From Lytechinus pictus (lineage: Eukaryota): a DNA stretch of 64,000 bases. Below are positions 40,787 through 52,488 of this stretch, in pieces. Where the stretch lies: positions 5,208,001 to 5,272,000 of the forward strand of contig NC_087245.1 of assembly GCF_037042905.1 (NCBI RefSeq), in the 5' to 3' direction. Under the pieces are notes generated by a model. It worked only from the letters and a program-made list of their open reading frames with translations, did no database searches and was not told the DNA's origin. The position numbers and the translations under genes are program-made. Positions within the stretch are counted from its first letter, which is position 1. Each line of letters starts with the position of its first letter.

Positions 40787-42033
40787 TACACATAATAGAA
40801 ACATCATTAAGTAAGGATTATGCTATACAAAAAAATTGAACGAGAATAACAGAAAAACAAAAAAATATTGGGACATGTTGATTAACATTTTTGACCTGCC
40901 AACCCCAAACCAGCAATATTTGGCCAAAAATGAAGTGTGCGATTTTTTAATATCTGGAAGAAGCACATCATAAGCTTTCAAAATGATACAAACTTGATCA
41001 ACAATTACCAACACAATTACTTGATTGAATATAGAAGAAATTCAGTGAGAGTTCCAGAGAATAAGGAGAAAAGAAGGTTTGAAATTTAGGGTTCACTCAA
41101 GCATGAGATGAGCACACTGTGTAAACACTGTCCAGAATAACTTGTCTTTTATAGAACTTTACACCTACAAATTTTGGCAGTAACTATGAAGAAGAAAACT
41201 AGCTTTCAGAGCTAATTTTCTCATTATTACTCTGTAAAGACAAATTATTTAATTGGTTATTTACTGAGAAACTTTGTTTTGGGTTGGCTGGTCACGTATA
41301 ATGCTGGCTCTGTTGAATATGATGTGGGCGAAAATGCCCCTTCTCCGGCTTTAAATTACATAGGTGGATTATCTTGAGCAAATATTGTCATAATCAGATA
41401 TTGTTATAGCGATCTGTACTCGTCTGTACTAAAGGGCAGTGTTAAAAGGTCATGTAAATTGCTTTACTGTCATCTTTGTTGCTAAAAGGAGTACTGTGTC
41501 TGTCAAGATAATTATCATCAAACATATTCAGGTACATGAAACCGACCCCAAAGCAAACAAGGATATTTCATTCAAAATAACGTAATAGCTTTGATTTGTC
41601 TGGTGCCGGTTTCATTGATGTGACTGTAGCCTGAGTGACATTCTAGAGTACCTCTGAGTCTGCAGCTAACAATACATATATATTTTTGTTCGGATTTTTT
41701 AATGTGTTTTTGACACTTTGATATCCCTGGTCTTTTACATAAAAATCGACTTCCAAATAGCGAGTGGAATATTGAAATCACACACTCTGATGAGGATGAT
41801 CAGATATTTTCATACACTTTTTTTTACATTATGTATTCAAAGAGTTTACTTTGCGAGAATCCCATTCGAATTATATTTCACTCGCTACGAATTTCAACAA
41901 ACGTGAGCCATCATTACTTCCCGAAATACTTGATACTTGATGAGATCATTCCTCTTGCAGCTCCAAAAAGCTAAACTGGAATGAACTTTGCAATATGTCG
42001 TAAAAGATTGGTGTCATAGTGAAGATCTCTATT

Positions 42034-42350
42034 TTACAATAAAAGGAGAGTGCGTTGTGCAAGTAAAAACATGGATACATCTAAAAGAACAAGAGATCCG
42101 GTTGGAGGCTGCAGATTTCTAATAATGGGAAGCGCAGCCTCTTTAAATGCTGGTAGACCTGTTGTGTATACAACTTCGCCAGGCAGGTGGTTCGATATTT
42201 GGATTGTCTTTGGGAAGGAGTATTTGTAGGAATCAATTGACGATTTTGGCAAAGCAAATTTCAGTGTATGGTCCTTCCTTGCAAGATATGTTGCCGGAGT
42301 GACTATAGCTGGCATTGGCATGTTGACCGGTCAGTAGCGAATCTTGAAAA
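42034..42350 (-). mobile_element. 5'-truncated LINE (CR1/L2/jockey-group) ORF2 C-terminus
   Basis: ORF 42034..42321 reads R.DH..KF..P...IDSYKYSFPKTI..SNHLP..VV....L..FK, matching the YSFFPRTI..WN.LP...FK tail of non-LTR RTs. Confidence 0.75.
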
Positions 42351-43647
42351 GAAGAGAGCATTGAAATACTGTTCATATTAATAATAATACGATTTGCTGT
42401 GTGACTAAATCATTGTGTCCCCTTTTTATACTTGGGTTCATTAATTGGGAAATAAGATAAGTAAGTTGTCGATAATCAACATGCTAGTTTGCATTTATTT
42501 TGCGCTCAATATCCATGACAGGCGGTGATGATTCTAAGCGATTTGCAAATGTAATGATGTCCTACGCTATCCATTGGATTCTGACACGCAATGACCTTAT
42601 TTCATTCTACTTATACTGTTTATCGTCATATTCAGGGTATCCATTCGTATCATGGTTAAAGAGTTGCATTCGTCGTGTACTCGGAAGTTATTTGATCTAA
42701 TTCTTATATTTGAAAAAGAAATGACGCCAATCTTGCACCGCTAGGTTTTATTAATTTCCCGAAATGAGGCGGTGAATGCTTACTAATGTAGCAATGTTTG
42801 GATTCGACAACTTTTTGACGATTGTTTTTATGCAGGAGCCATGTGTGAATTCTGTCGTTTTATTTGACGAATACAGGTGAACTATAGCGACATCGTCTAA
42901 AAACCATTTGCAAAATTGATGCTGATGGCTGTTTTGCGAATACTAGCTACTGTTAGATGAAAATCGCAATATCTTTTTTTTTTCAAAATTTCCTTGCGAT
43001 GAGAAAACGTGACAAAAAATTCAACTATTTGCAAACCTTGCAACTTATTACAAACATTTTCTAAACTTTTTTTCAAAACCTGACGAAATCCCACATTTCG
43101 CCACGTAGTATAGGCCTATTCGCCGATTTCGTCAGGGTTCGTAAAATATTGCACATCACCGTTCGTAAAAGATTGCAAGAAAGTTCGTAATCAGTTTTCG
43201 TTATTGCAAACAGTTTTTCTTGTCCCAGAGAAATTTTGAATATGTTAATTCAAAATTTCTTCGCGAATCTATTTTTCCGCAAACAGTACTGTCGCTAATG
43301 TTTGCAAGGCAGTCATAAACATTTGCAAACGGTTGTAAAACGGTGTAGCTGAAGTTCTTTTTGATTCGCCAATGATAGTGACCAAGTTACTGCATGGTTT
43401 CTTTATAATGCAATGATGAAAAATGTGTGCCTAACATTGGCGAACATATTTTCCCCCCAAATTTGAAGCAGTTTGCAAATAGATTATCGATATTGCAAAT
43501 AAGTATTCGTAAAGCTAGCATTACGCTGAAACCGAATCAGCTGCGAATCTATCCGAATACACGTATTCTTGGCTTTTGACATTGCAACACTCGTCAGAAA
43601 ACTTGGCGAATCCAAAATTCGCAACGTTTGTAAGCAATCGCCACTAA

Positions 43648-44313
43648 AGCTAGGGTTACACCAAAACCGAATTCTCCCAAATGAATTCGGATCAATTATG
43701 CACAAATATGGCCTGTTCGGATGGATTTGGTAGATTCTGAACCTATTCGTCCTCTGATTCGGGGAGACGAATGGGTCCGAAAAATGTCCCGATTCAGCGC
43801 AGAATCACCAAGAATTGACCCGAATCAATTTAGCCATCCCAAATTAAGCCGTATGCCACCCGAATAGTGGCAAGAATCGAGCCAAAGGTGCCTTGAATAG
43901 AGCCGAATGTTACCCGATTGCTCCGATTACAGCAGAATGACGACCCGAATGTTGACCCTAATCGGAACAAATATGGCCAAATGAGCCGAGCTCGGACTTT
44001 TACGCCCCGAATGATACTAATAGTTCTGAATCTGCCCAGAATACTCCGAATGCCTCCCCTAATCCAACCGAATGTCATCCGAATACATCCCAAACGTGGC
44101 CCGAAATGAATTTGTTGTGGTCACAATTGTGAGTATTTTGGAGGGTAGGCTGGTTTTGAACATTTCAAAACGAGCCAAATTCCTTCGCCAATGTTCCCAA
44201 ATCCCTCCCGAATTTTCTCGCATTCGCAGAGGGAGAACAGAATACCTCGAAACCACCGGACTACGTGTATCCGGATGGATTCGCAACAGATTCGGTTCCG
44301 GTGTAACTCTACT
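43648..44313. mobile_element. Harbinger-like non-autonomous element rich in CCGAAT subrepeats
   Basis: TAA|AGCTAGGGTTACACCAAAACCGAAT ... ATTCGGTTCCGGTGTAACTCTACT. An inverted fragment of its right end sits at ~43511-43566, and it abuts an older TTGCAA/TTCGTAA-rich repeat (~42790-43645). Confidence 0.7.
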
Positions 44314-46179
44314 GAGACACCCCCTCACAAGCGCCCGTTCAGGATTAGATTGTTAGATTCATCATGCGTAGGATAGAGTCCCGCTCATGCCGGAAGACGT
44401 CTATAAAAAGTGATGCAATAACGTTGCGTGTAAACATACCTCACTGCTGGGTTTCGTGCAGGTGTGACTACAGTTGGAAAACACTCCATCCATTGGAAAT
44501 GTTAGTCCCGTGTAAAGGAGAGCCATAATCTATGCACGTGTCACCAATACACTGTTCGTCAAAGAGTAGGGTGGTAACTCGATGTATTCCACCTGATGGT
44601 CACCGACAGAAATATATTCGAATGTCAAGTTCAACCGCCATAATATTCAACACTTTGGTTGTGGCCATTAACTGGGGGGAAGTCGCTTTATTGGTCGTGT
44701 GACCGTTTGCGACAACTCACGATATGTTCTGCACACGATTGCAAGGGTCCGGCAAGGGTCGCAAATAGTCAAATGACTAACTGTGAAACAAATATCAAAC
44801 TTTAACATTCCGCAGGTAAATTATTCAAATTCCACCGTGAGATCCTCTTTTTTGGGCACCCGGTATAAACACACAAACAACCCTACCCCATGCACATAAA
44901 ATATCTCTCCGAATTTTTCACCCGTTCAGAGAAGTGTGTGAAGTTAGACATTTGCCACTCAGAAGCTTGGTGATTAACTTACATGCACGGCGGGGCTAGC
45001 AACGGCTTATATAAACAGAAAGCAAATTAGGATTTGGAGGGATTTCTTCTTGCAAACTTTGAAGTCGAGTAAAATATATTCAGTAGCAAGAAGATTTAAG
45101 TTAAAATGTTTGAAATTAGAAGGTGATATCCGTGTATAGGGGATCCTTTCTATTTACGAACGTTTGGGATTTATATTTCATTACAATAATTATTACAAAT
45201 AAAACATGGAAGAAGTATGGAACATAGGAATTTTGATTGTATTTTCTAAATATTTGATAATTTTGAATTTGACAATCATTTGACCCCAAAACAGGTAAAT
45301 ATTCGTGATTGTGTAATGGAGAACGCTTTTCTCAAGAATCCACTGACCTTTCTTTGAATTTGCGCTTTAACTGCATGCATTTACTGAATGTGTTGAAATT
45401 ACGAATACATAATTGCTGTGATTATATCGGAGACTAAACAGTAGACCTGAGAATTAGGTGAAAAGTATTAGAACAGAAGCAGAGATCTCAAACACATAGT
45501 AAAAATGGGGACATAGGTAAACTAGAAAATCCTCTTGAAATGTTCTTTCAGAAATCATGTTCGATTCCATATCGCCTTTCCGTACTCTGTCACTTTGCGT
45601 ATCCGGGTGAAGCGAACGTGAAAGAACACCACCATTAAACCTTTCTCTCTTAAAACTCTCCTCCAGATGCTTGAACTTCTTGTTTTAATGCAATAGCTTT
45701 ACATCACATGAATGACGTCATTACATCACAAGGTTTCGAGGATTTCCCCTAAAAGGTTTTGGTCTCTTCTTCCCGAGTAGTCTGCATACTTCAAAGGGAA
45801 ACCCTGCCTTATTGAATTGAAGTTTCTCTGGGTTTTTTTTTCAGATGAGATATTAAATCATGATATTGTATGTAGAATTTAACAATGAATCAAATTCATC
45901 TGGTATGCATTAGTATTTGATGTACTATTGTCATAGAGGAGCAATATCTTATTCCAAGGACAATACAAAAGTATATATGACCATTACGTTAATTTGCTAC
46001 GCGTATTGCAGTTGATGCGCGAGTGTGTACCCAACGTTATACACCCAGTTCGCATTTCTGCTAAAATTAATTAAAAGGTCTATTGCAGTTGAGATTGGGG
46101 GATCCTCGTAGGTGTTAGAAATGAGCAAAACTAGCCATTATTGTAGATAATTCGGTAACACGACTATTTGGGTGTTTAG

Positions 46180-46673
46180 GCAAAATCTTGAATAGCATAC
46201 CATTAGATATAAAATTAAGCCCATCATTAAATAGTTCCAAAAGGAAAATGAAATTTTATTAACTTCAAAACTATTCACAGGTGCAATGATTTTACTCAAT
46301 AAGATGTGTGTGTGGTGTGTGGGGGTGGGTGTGTTTGTGTGTGTCTGTCTGTCCAAATTTGTAAATAGGTGTTGATGATTGCATGTATGCATGTACCTTT
46401 TAAATGTTATCTTTTGTTTAAATCGGTAATACATACTTAGGTTTATAATCATGTTTGGATCTTGGCTTTTATATAAGGCTCAGCCTTTCTGCCACTCCTT
46501 ACACTTTCATTTCTATCCGAGTAAAGTAATTTTTCATTTTTTTTTATCGTTTTGCTTACTATTAATGTCATAATTATTTATATTTTTAATATTGTCTATG
46601 TTATTATGTCTTTATATATGTCTGTTTTTAATGAAAGTATTAAATAAATGAATTGAATTGAATTGAATTGAAT
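46180..46673 (+). mobile_element. 3' end of a CR1/L2-like LINE with (TTGAA)n tail
   Basis: Translates KILNSIPLDIKLSPSLNSSKRKMKFY* (WNSLP..IK...SL..FK pattern), followed by an AT-rich UTR, AATAAA and (GAATT)n. Similar tails lie at ~5885-6115 (+), ~15765-15920 (-) and ~22215-22340 (-). Confidence 0.7.
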
Positions 46674-47259
46674 GACAATCTGTTAATATCAAATATGGTA
46701 ATTAAAATGAAGGAAAAATGTATGGCTGGCATTCCCTAACCTGGTAGGGCGCTATTCCTTACAGCGCTTACCTGCATGTTGCAAAGTGAAAAATTTGGAA
46801 TGTAAAGAATTAAATATATATATATTGCTAAAAATAGTTTAGGGGCAAATAGATATAAACTAGTTAGCTTTAGATATTAAAAATATATTTGTTTTATTAT
46901 TAGTTTGAATATTTTTCATAAGCTTTGTTCTAGCTCGATCTCAATGAAACATTCACATAGATATAAAGTAAACAAGATTTCATGGATCACTGTAAGGTGT
47001 CAAATATGTAAGAGGTGCTCTTCGAACAAACTAGAAACCTGAGATTGAAAATGACAAGCATCTTAGAGGGGAATCAGAACAGAGGAGAAACAAATCTTAC
47101 GAACGGAGACGGTTGTTAGGAAGAGTGATGACTGTAAAGGGCGAGGACGGAAATAGGGTTGTAGGCAGCACATTTTCTGACCGGGGCAAGCCATGTAAAC
47201 ATCTTTGAAGTACATGTATGTAAATGAGACCTTTCGGTTTTCTTCTTTTTTCTCTTTGT

Positions 47260-47490
47260 TACTAGATTGGTCTGAATCAAATTATCGCATTCGCCATCTC
47301 GTTCTATTGGTCGAGAGGGAAGAGGCAACCTTGACGTCATTCGTGATCGTGAAGTGCAAAAGGTTGTGTTTTCAGCGAATGACCAAAATCACCACCGGTT
47401 TATCAGAGAATGGACGATCTCCTGATAGTTAATAAGGATGTCCGTGGGTGTCTGACTCTCACACGAATGGAGCTTACGCGCTAGCAACAG
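47260..47490 (+). promoter_or_regulatory. Candidate proximal promoter of the GPCR
   Basis: Two reverse CCAAT boxes (ATTGG, ~47266 and ~47306), a perfect CRE palindrome TGACGTCA at 47332-47339 and an RFX-like half site CTAGCAAC at 47481-47488, all 320-550 bp upstream of the ATG. Confidence 0.45.
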
Positions 47491-47808
47491 GAGATCAAAT
47501 TTTTCTCCTCGATAACTTATAGTATGTTGACAATCGGCTGGTCCTGCAAACCTGTTTTGAAGGTATACCTTCGAAACTGATATACGTATCTATCTACCAA
47601 AATGATGTAAAGTCGACTAGTGAATTGGCTGAAGAGTAATATAACACTCTATTCCACTTCGCCAAGGAATTGGAATCTTGGTGAAGCTATGTGAAATTTA
47701 GGAGCTTCATTTGTAACATTTTAACTGTGAATTGATTTTTTTTTTGGCGTGGAAAAGTTCCTTGAGAGTGTAGCATTTCATGACAAATAGAAAATACAAC
47801 ACAGAAAT

Positions 47809-48820
47809 ATGACAATGGATGCCCATGATTCAGATGTAATGTCTTATTTGCCCGGGGAAGGACCAAGTCAAAATGCTAGCGATGGATTAGCTTATTGCGT
47901 TTATTCATATGAAAAACTCAAAAGAGTCAACAAAACTGGGTTTCAGTCCGAGAACGATTTCTTCTCCAACTTGACCAGGACATGCTACAATGTTAATAAC
48001 TTCACTTGCCCAGCATATATGTATAACCTATCTGACAATGAATTGATGGATCATTTAGCGTACATCATGCCGCCTGCGCATTATGAGTATGCATTTGTGG
48101 TACCGTTTGCAGTTATTATTCTTACGTTGGTAGTCTTTGGATTCTTCGGAAACCTCTTCACCATCATAGTGATCTTGCGGAATCGTGTCCTGCAATCCAC
48201 CTCCCACTATCTTGTGAGTTTAGCTCTCTCTGATATGTTGTTACTCGTGCTGACCGGACCCACGGAAATTCTGGTGGAACTCAAGTATTGGCCCTGGACC
48301 TATACAAAGTTTTTCTGTCATGCTCGATTCTTCCTGATAGAATTTTGTCTTTTTACGACAGTGTTGCACATAACCGCATTCACTATCGAACGCTACGTAG
48401 CGATCTGTCACCCGATCAAAGCCAAAGCGTTCATCTCAACCTCTCGTGCCATTAAATTCATTATCGCTATCTGGATCTTAAGTTTTGTCATCAGCATCCC
48501 TTTGGCTCTCGCTTACCACCTCAAACAAGCGTGCGTCGGAATCGAAGAGTCCACCGTCTGCCAGACCACAGATGAAATGGACAGTCGGGTCAACCATTTC
48601 TACGTCTTTTCAGCAACGTTTCTTTTTCTACTCCCCATGACTCTCATCATCGTACTCTACTCGCTCATCGCCCGAGTCCTCTTCGGTGTCAACATCAAGG
48701 TCCCCATGAGAAGATCGAGTTCCACGAAATGTCGTATTCGGGTCAATGGAAATCTCAAGGCCAAGGAAGACAAAGAGGACCAAGTTATTACGATGCGAAA
48801 ACAAGTGGTTAAAATGTTAG
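47809..48820 (+). CDS. Class A peptide GPCR (GHSR/MLNR/NMUR/NTSR/TRHR-related), coding exon 1: N-terminus, TM1-TM5, ICL3
   Basis: ORF shows GN (TM1), LALSD (TM2), WPW..FFC (ECL1/C3.25), FTIERYVAICHP (TM3/ICL2), W in TM4, FLLP (TM5) and RKQVVKML. A canonical donor TTAG|GTAAGC lies at 48820/48821; the exon is 1012 nt, so the intron is phase 1. Confidence 0.95.
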
Positions 48821-49165
48821 GTAAGCAATGTTCGTCTTTCTTTGGTTTTTGAGTGGTTTGTGTGTACTCTAAGATTATTAATGATTTCCATTTAAAAATA
48901 TATATAATGAATATTATCATCAACACTAAAAGTATTAACAAGTATCGAGAGGAAAGTTTTTTGTGAGATAATGTCCATCTCAAGTCTCCGATCCATTTCT
49001 AGAAGTTATTAAACAGATCGATTATTTGCTATGTTCATACCCAATTTGAACAATAAAATGAAGCAGTTTGGCAACAATTATTGATAGAGCAGTGAGATCT
49101 AGCCTACTTAAAGGGGATCACGCCTTCTTTTTCTCACAGTATATAGGAGGATGAAACTCTTCTTA

Positions 49166-49326
49166 GAGACGCACCATTAGATATCCGGGGGGGGGGGGGG
49201 CTGGAAGTTTTTCCCAAAAAATGGAGCAAGGAAAAAAAAAGCTTTGCTCAAAGAAGAAAGGAAAAAAATTGCATCAACCCAAACTTCCAGGCCCCCCTTG
49301 TCCCTGTTTATCTAATGGTGCGTCCC
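49166..49326. mobile_element. Small Harbinger-like MITE in the GPCR intron
   Basis: TTA|GAGACGCACCATTAGATA ... TATCTAATGGTGCGTCCC|TTA, with an internal G-run. Confidence 0.8.
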
Positions 49327-49582
49327 TTATACAATTAAGTTTGCATGAAAAATTGATAAAATCGCAGAATAACATTTAAAAAAAAGGAAAATGGAAATAT
49401 TGGACAATAAGAAATTGATGAGAATGTCGAAATCAGTCTGGAGATCCTCCCATTGACAATACAACCAAGATCTATGATATGTCACAGTACAACTATCCTC
49501 TTTTACTCTGAAAAGATATTACAAACCCTTTGTCCATGGTATGGCATATGAAACCTGTATTTCATATCCTTCCATTACACCC

Positions 49583-49745
49583 GGTGAAGCTGTTCGTAAA
49601 GTTACGCACAACTTTACGCACGACTGGAACATGTTCTTATGTCTTAAATGAATGACATAGGGATGTATCATCAAGCACAAGAAGGGGTCACCAGTCGTGC
49701 ATAAAGTCATTCGTATCTTACGAACAGCTCTATGAAACACCCACC
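49583..49745. mobile_element. Relative of the 16419-16577 MITE in the GPCR intron (left end deleted)
   Basis: AAGCTGTTCGTAAAG...ACGACTGG / CCAGTCGT...CTTACGAACAGCTCTATGAAACACCCACC. Confidence 0.75.
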
Positions 49746-50216
49746 TGATTGGATAGCCTTGATAAAACTGACAATTCAAATAAAATATGTAGTCCTACAA
49801 GAAATAATGGTGTTGTAGAAGTGTGACATTACACATTTCGGCCGCAACATTAGCGATTAGCGATCTCAACATTCAAGCGCTCTCAACCTTATTATTTGTT
49901 CATTTTTTTCAACTATCATTGATTCGTTTCTTTGATTTTCTGTTTTCACACAAGCTTACTTGTTCTCAGGGGTTTCATTCTCCTGTTCTTATAAACCTAG
50001 TGAGGAGTTGCCTGGTGTGATGGCAACTTTGTTTTACGTCAAATGATACAGACCTGATCGAGTTATTTAAGATTGTTTTGACGTTTTAGGTTAAAAAATT
50101 ATAGCCACCTCACTTCCTACCTTTTGGCTCTTTTGATCTTGTCATTGTTTCCATGCACAATCTTCTTGTTCTTCATTAATACTGTTCTTTTTTACTATTT
50201 TTTCTTGATTTTGTAG

Positions 50217-50536
50217 TTGTGATCGCGGCTAGTTTCTTCATTTGCTGGTTCCCGTTTCACCTGATCCGCATCTTGCCCTTCTTCAATTTGGATAGTTGGC
50301 CTCAGCATATCAAAGACATCTACTACAGGGGGCTTTATCACTTCTCAATCGTTTTGCTCTATGTCAGCTCCGCCATCAACCCCATACTGTACAACGTGAT
50401 GTCTGCAAGGTTTCGTCGCGCCTTCAAACAGACCATACTCTGCCGCGAAGTAAGCTCCCCCCACAATTCAATGACCACACGGGGTCATTCGACTTATATA
50501 ACCCGCATGTCGTCCATTAATAGTTCAGCTCTGTGA
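50217..50536 (+). CDS. Class A peptide GPCR, coding exon 2: TM6, TM7, helix 8 and Ser/Thr-rich tail. Spliced protein is 443 aa.
   Basis: A long polypyrimidine tract ends in TTGTAG| at 50216. G+TT restores the frame as KML-V-VIAASFFICWFPFHLIR. CWxP and NPILY motifs and helix 8 'SARFRRAF' follow, with TGA at 50534-50536. 1012+320=1332 nt. Confidence 0.95.
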
Positions 50537-51975
50537 GGGGAGAAACAAGATAATTAATTGCTTAATCTTTTGAGAAAATTAAGGCTTTACAATTCGATTA
50601 CGGGAATTTAATTATTTCTTTGGCAGCTATATACTGGGAAGGTTGTAATCTTCCAAAAAGATATTGACGGGATATAAGGATAACGATTTCGTGATGGCAA
50701 ATACGTGACAATTTTCAGGTTTCTGACTACAGATAGTATTTAATGCTGTATCTTTCCCGCCCAGTACAGTGAAGAGTCTCGTTACGACCTTCGTACTCTG
50801 TGGGTACGGCGGTTCTTTGGTGAAATCCAGTCATGCCTGGATCGAGCCCTACTGCTGAACTGATCAACGGATACAGTCTGATCAAGACCTCTCAGTCAGT
50901 TAGGACTAGTTTAGCAAGATGATCGTGATGATCAACAGCGCTCTGGCTCACAGCTCAAATATTTTAGAAATCAAGATATTCGAGTAGATCACCAGGGCAA
51001 TCGATCAAGGTCGAATGGCGCCGATCATGGGAGATTGACTCCGTGTGTCTTGCCGAACTAGATCGACCAGACTGAACTATGTCTTGATCGGGCTTCATCA
51101 AGTAGATTAGTAAGGCAGTGGGAAACAGGTATTTTAAATCCTCCTAACTCAATTCAAGTGAATGCTGGTAGCCTCGGACGAATGGCCAAACATTTAAGAA
51201 TAGTTCCGATCTTTTACTGAAAGATTAACAGTCCTTTTATGGACAACATTACATGATGTAAAAGCAAACCTTATCAAGTTCCCATATTGTTTGTTCCGTA
51301 TCTTTGGTATCCAGATCCACCACAGGCAAATATACAACTGAGTCCAAACTTTTATATTAGTTAATACTAATATTTCTTAAATCATAAGTTTACTTATGAT
51401 CTAACTTACAATTTACTCCTTTACTTACAATTTACTCCTAACCCTACAAGCAGCCGTCGACGGGTCAATGTAGATATTATTTTAGTATGGGACTGAACAA
51501 CAAATGAGATCATGCTTATCGCATCCGAGATTCTCAGGTTTGAGAAGAATACTTTTTTGTAAGAATTGGTTTGGTGGATAAATGAATCAATCGCTTTATA
51601 TGTATATAAACGAAATCCATTTCAAGTGCAATGATGATTATACCGGATTATACCTCCATCATTGTTATGGAATTAAAATTACCGTTTGAATCAAGGAACA
51701 TAAAAACGATCATTAGTATTTATTTTACATTCAATAACTTAGAATACAGTTGACAATGGTTGATATGGAAAATGATGACGTACCCAGTTGTAAATTTCTT
51801 GTTGTAAATAGTGTCGATCAAATTGATTAACTCAATTGATATTCTTTAGTACAAGATGCAAAATGTTCTTGAAAAGGCAATCGAAACATCGAGTATCGTT
51901 TGTAATAATTTTTTAATAATCTTTCTTTTTCATTTTTTTAACCCTTTAAAATCATTTTTTTTTAAATGACACCAA

Positions 51976-51981
51976 AATAAA
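51976..51981 (+). terminator. Candidate polyadenylation signal for the GPCR (3'UTR ~1.45 kb)
   Basis: First AATAAA I found downstream of the stop codon; weak evidence in AT-rich DNA. Confidence 0.3.
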
Positions 51982-52410
51982 CATTCGTTATATCAGTACG
52001 GTCTTTCCCCCTTTAGTGATGCTACTACCAAGACGTTGTTTCTGATAAATAGAACATCAGCGACTCCATTCAGTTACAGCTTTGATATATAGAATCACAA
52101 CGTGTACAAGCTAAGCGATTACACTCATCTCATCAAAAATCACATTGAAATCGGTACAAATAATCGGGAATTTACCCACGCGCGATTAAAAAATTAATAT
52201 ACTTTTGATGGACATTATTTTTTAGATGCATATCAAATTATATATAAAAACACATACAAGTGTGAGAAATTATACATGTACAAAAGCTTTGGCAACTCTA
52301 TTAATATAAATGTTGTGAAAGAAATGGGGGGGGTAAGAGAACAATAGAAGGCGTATAGCGTAAAGTTCCCCAGAGGGTTAATCGGATCGAGTTGTCCTAG
52401 CACCATCCCT

Positions 52411-52488
52411 TCTCTGTGGTCTAGTGGTCATGGTGGTTAAGGCACCGGCGTTCTTAGCTGGGGGCCCGGGTTCGACTCTCGGCAGAGA
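52411..52488 (+). pseudogene. tRNA-Glu-like pseudogene or SINE head
   Basis: TCTCTG...CAGAGA acceptor-like pairing, A-box TGGTCTAGTGG, arm CCGGC/GCTGG, and GGCCCGGGTTCGACTCTCGG T-arm. A 9-nt extra segment in the D-loop and a non-canonical anticodon loop argue against a functional tRNA. Confidence 0.65.

Larger units (their letters stand above)
48821..50216 (+). other. GT-AG intron (1396 bp, phase 1) of the GPCR
   Basis: GTAAGC donor and T-rich tract + TAG acceptor; joining the exons keeps the frame and completes a 7-TM protein. Confidence 0.93.

Noticed and set aside
43484-44376. Cluster of 61-94 aa ORFs on both strands
   Set aside because: Inside the CCGAAT-rich non-autonomous element; no domain signature.
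44500-44620. Deu/Nin-domain SINE fragment (CACTGTTCGTCAAAGAGTAGGG)
   Set aside because: The resemblance is from memory only, and neither head nor tail is recognisable.
47809-48852. Treating the 347-aa ORF as the complete gene
   Set aside because: It has only TM1-5. TM6-7 lie in 50217-50536 and join through canonical splice sites; it is kept only as a candidate short isoform.
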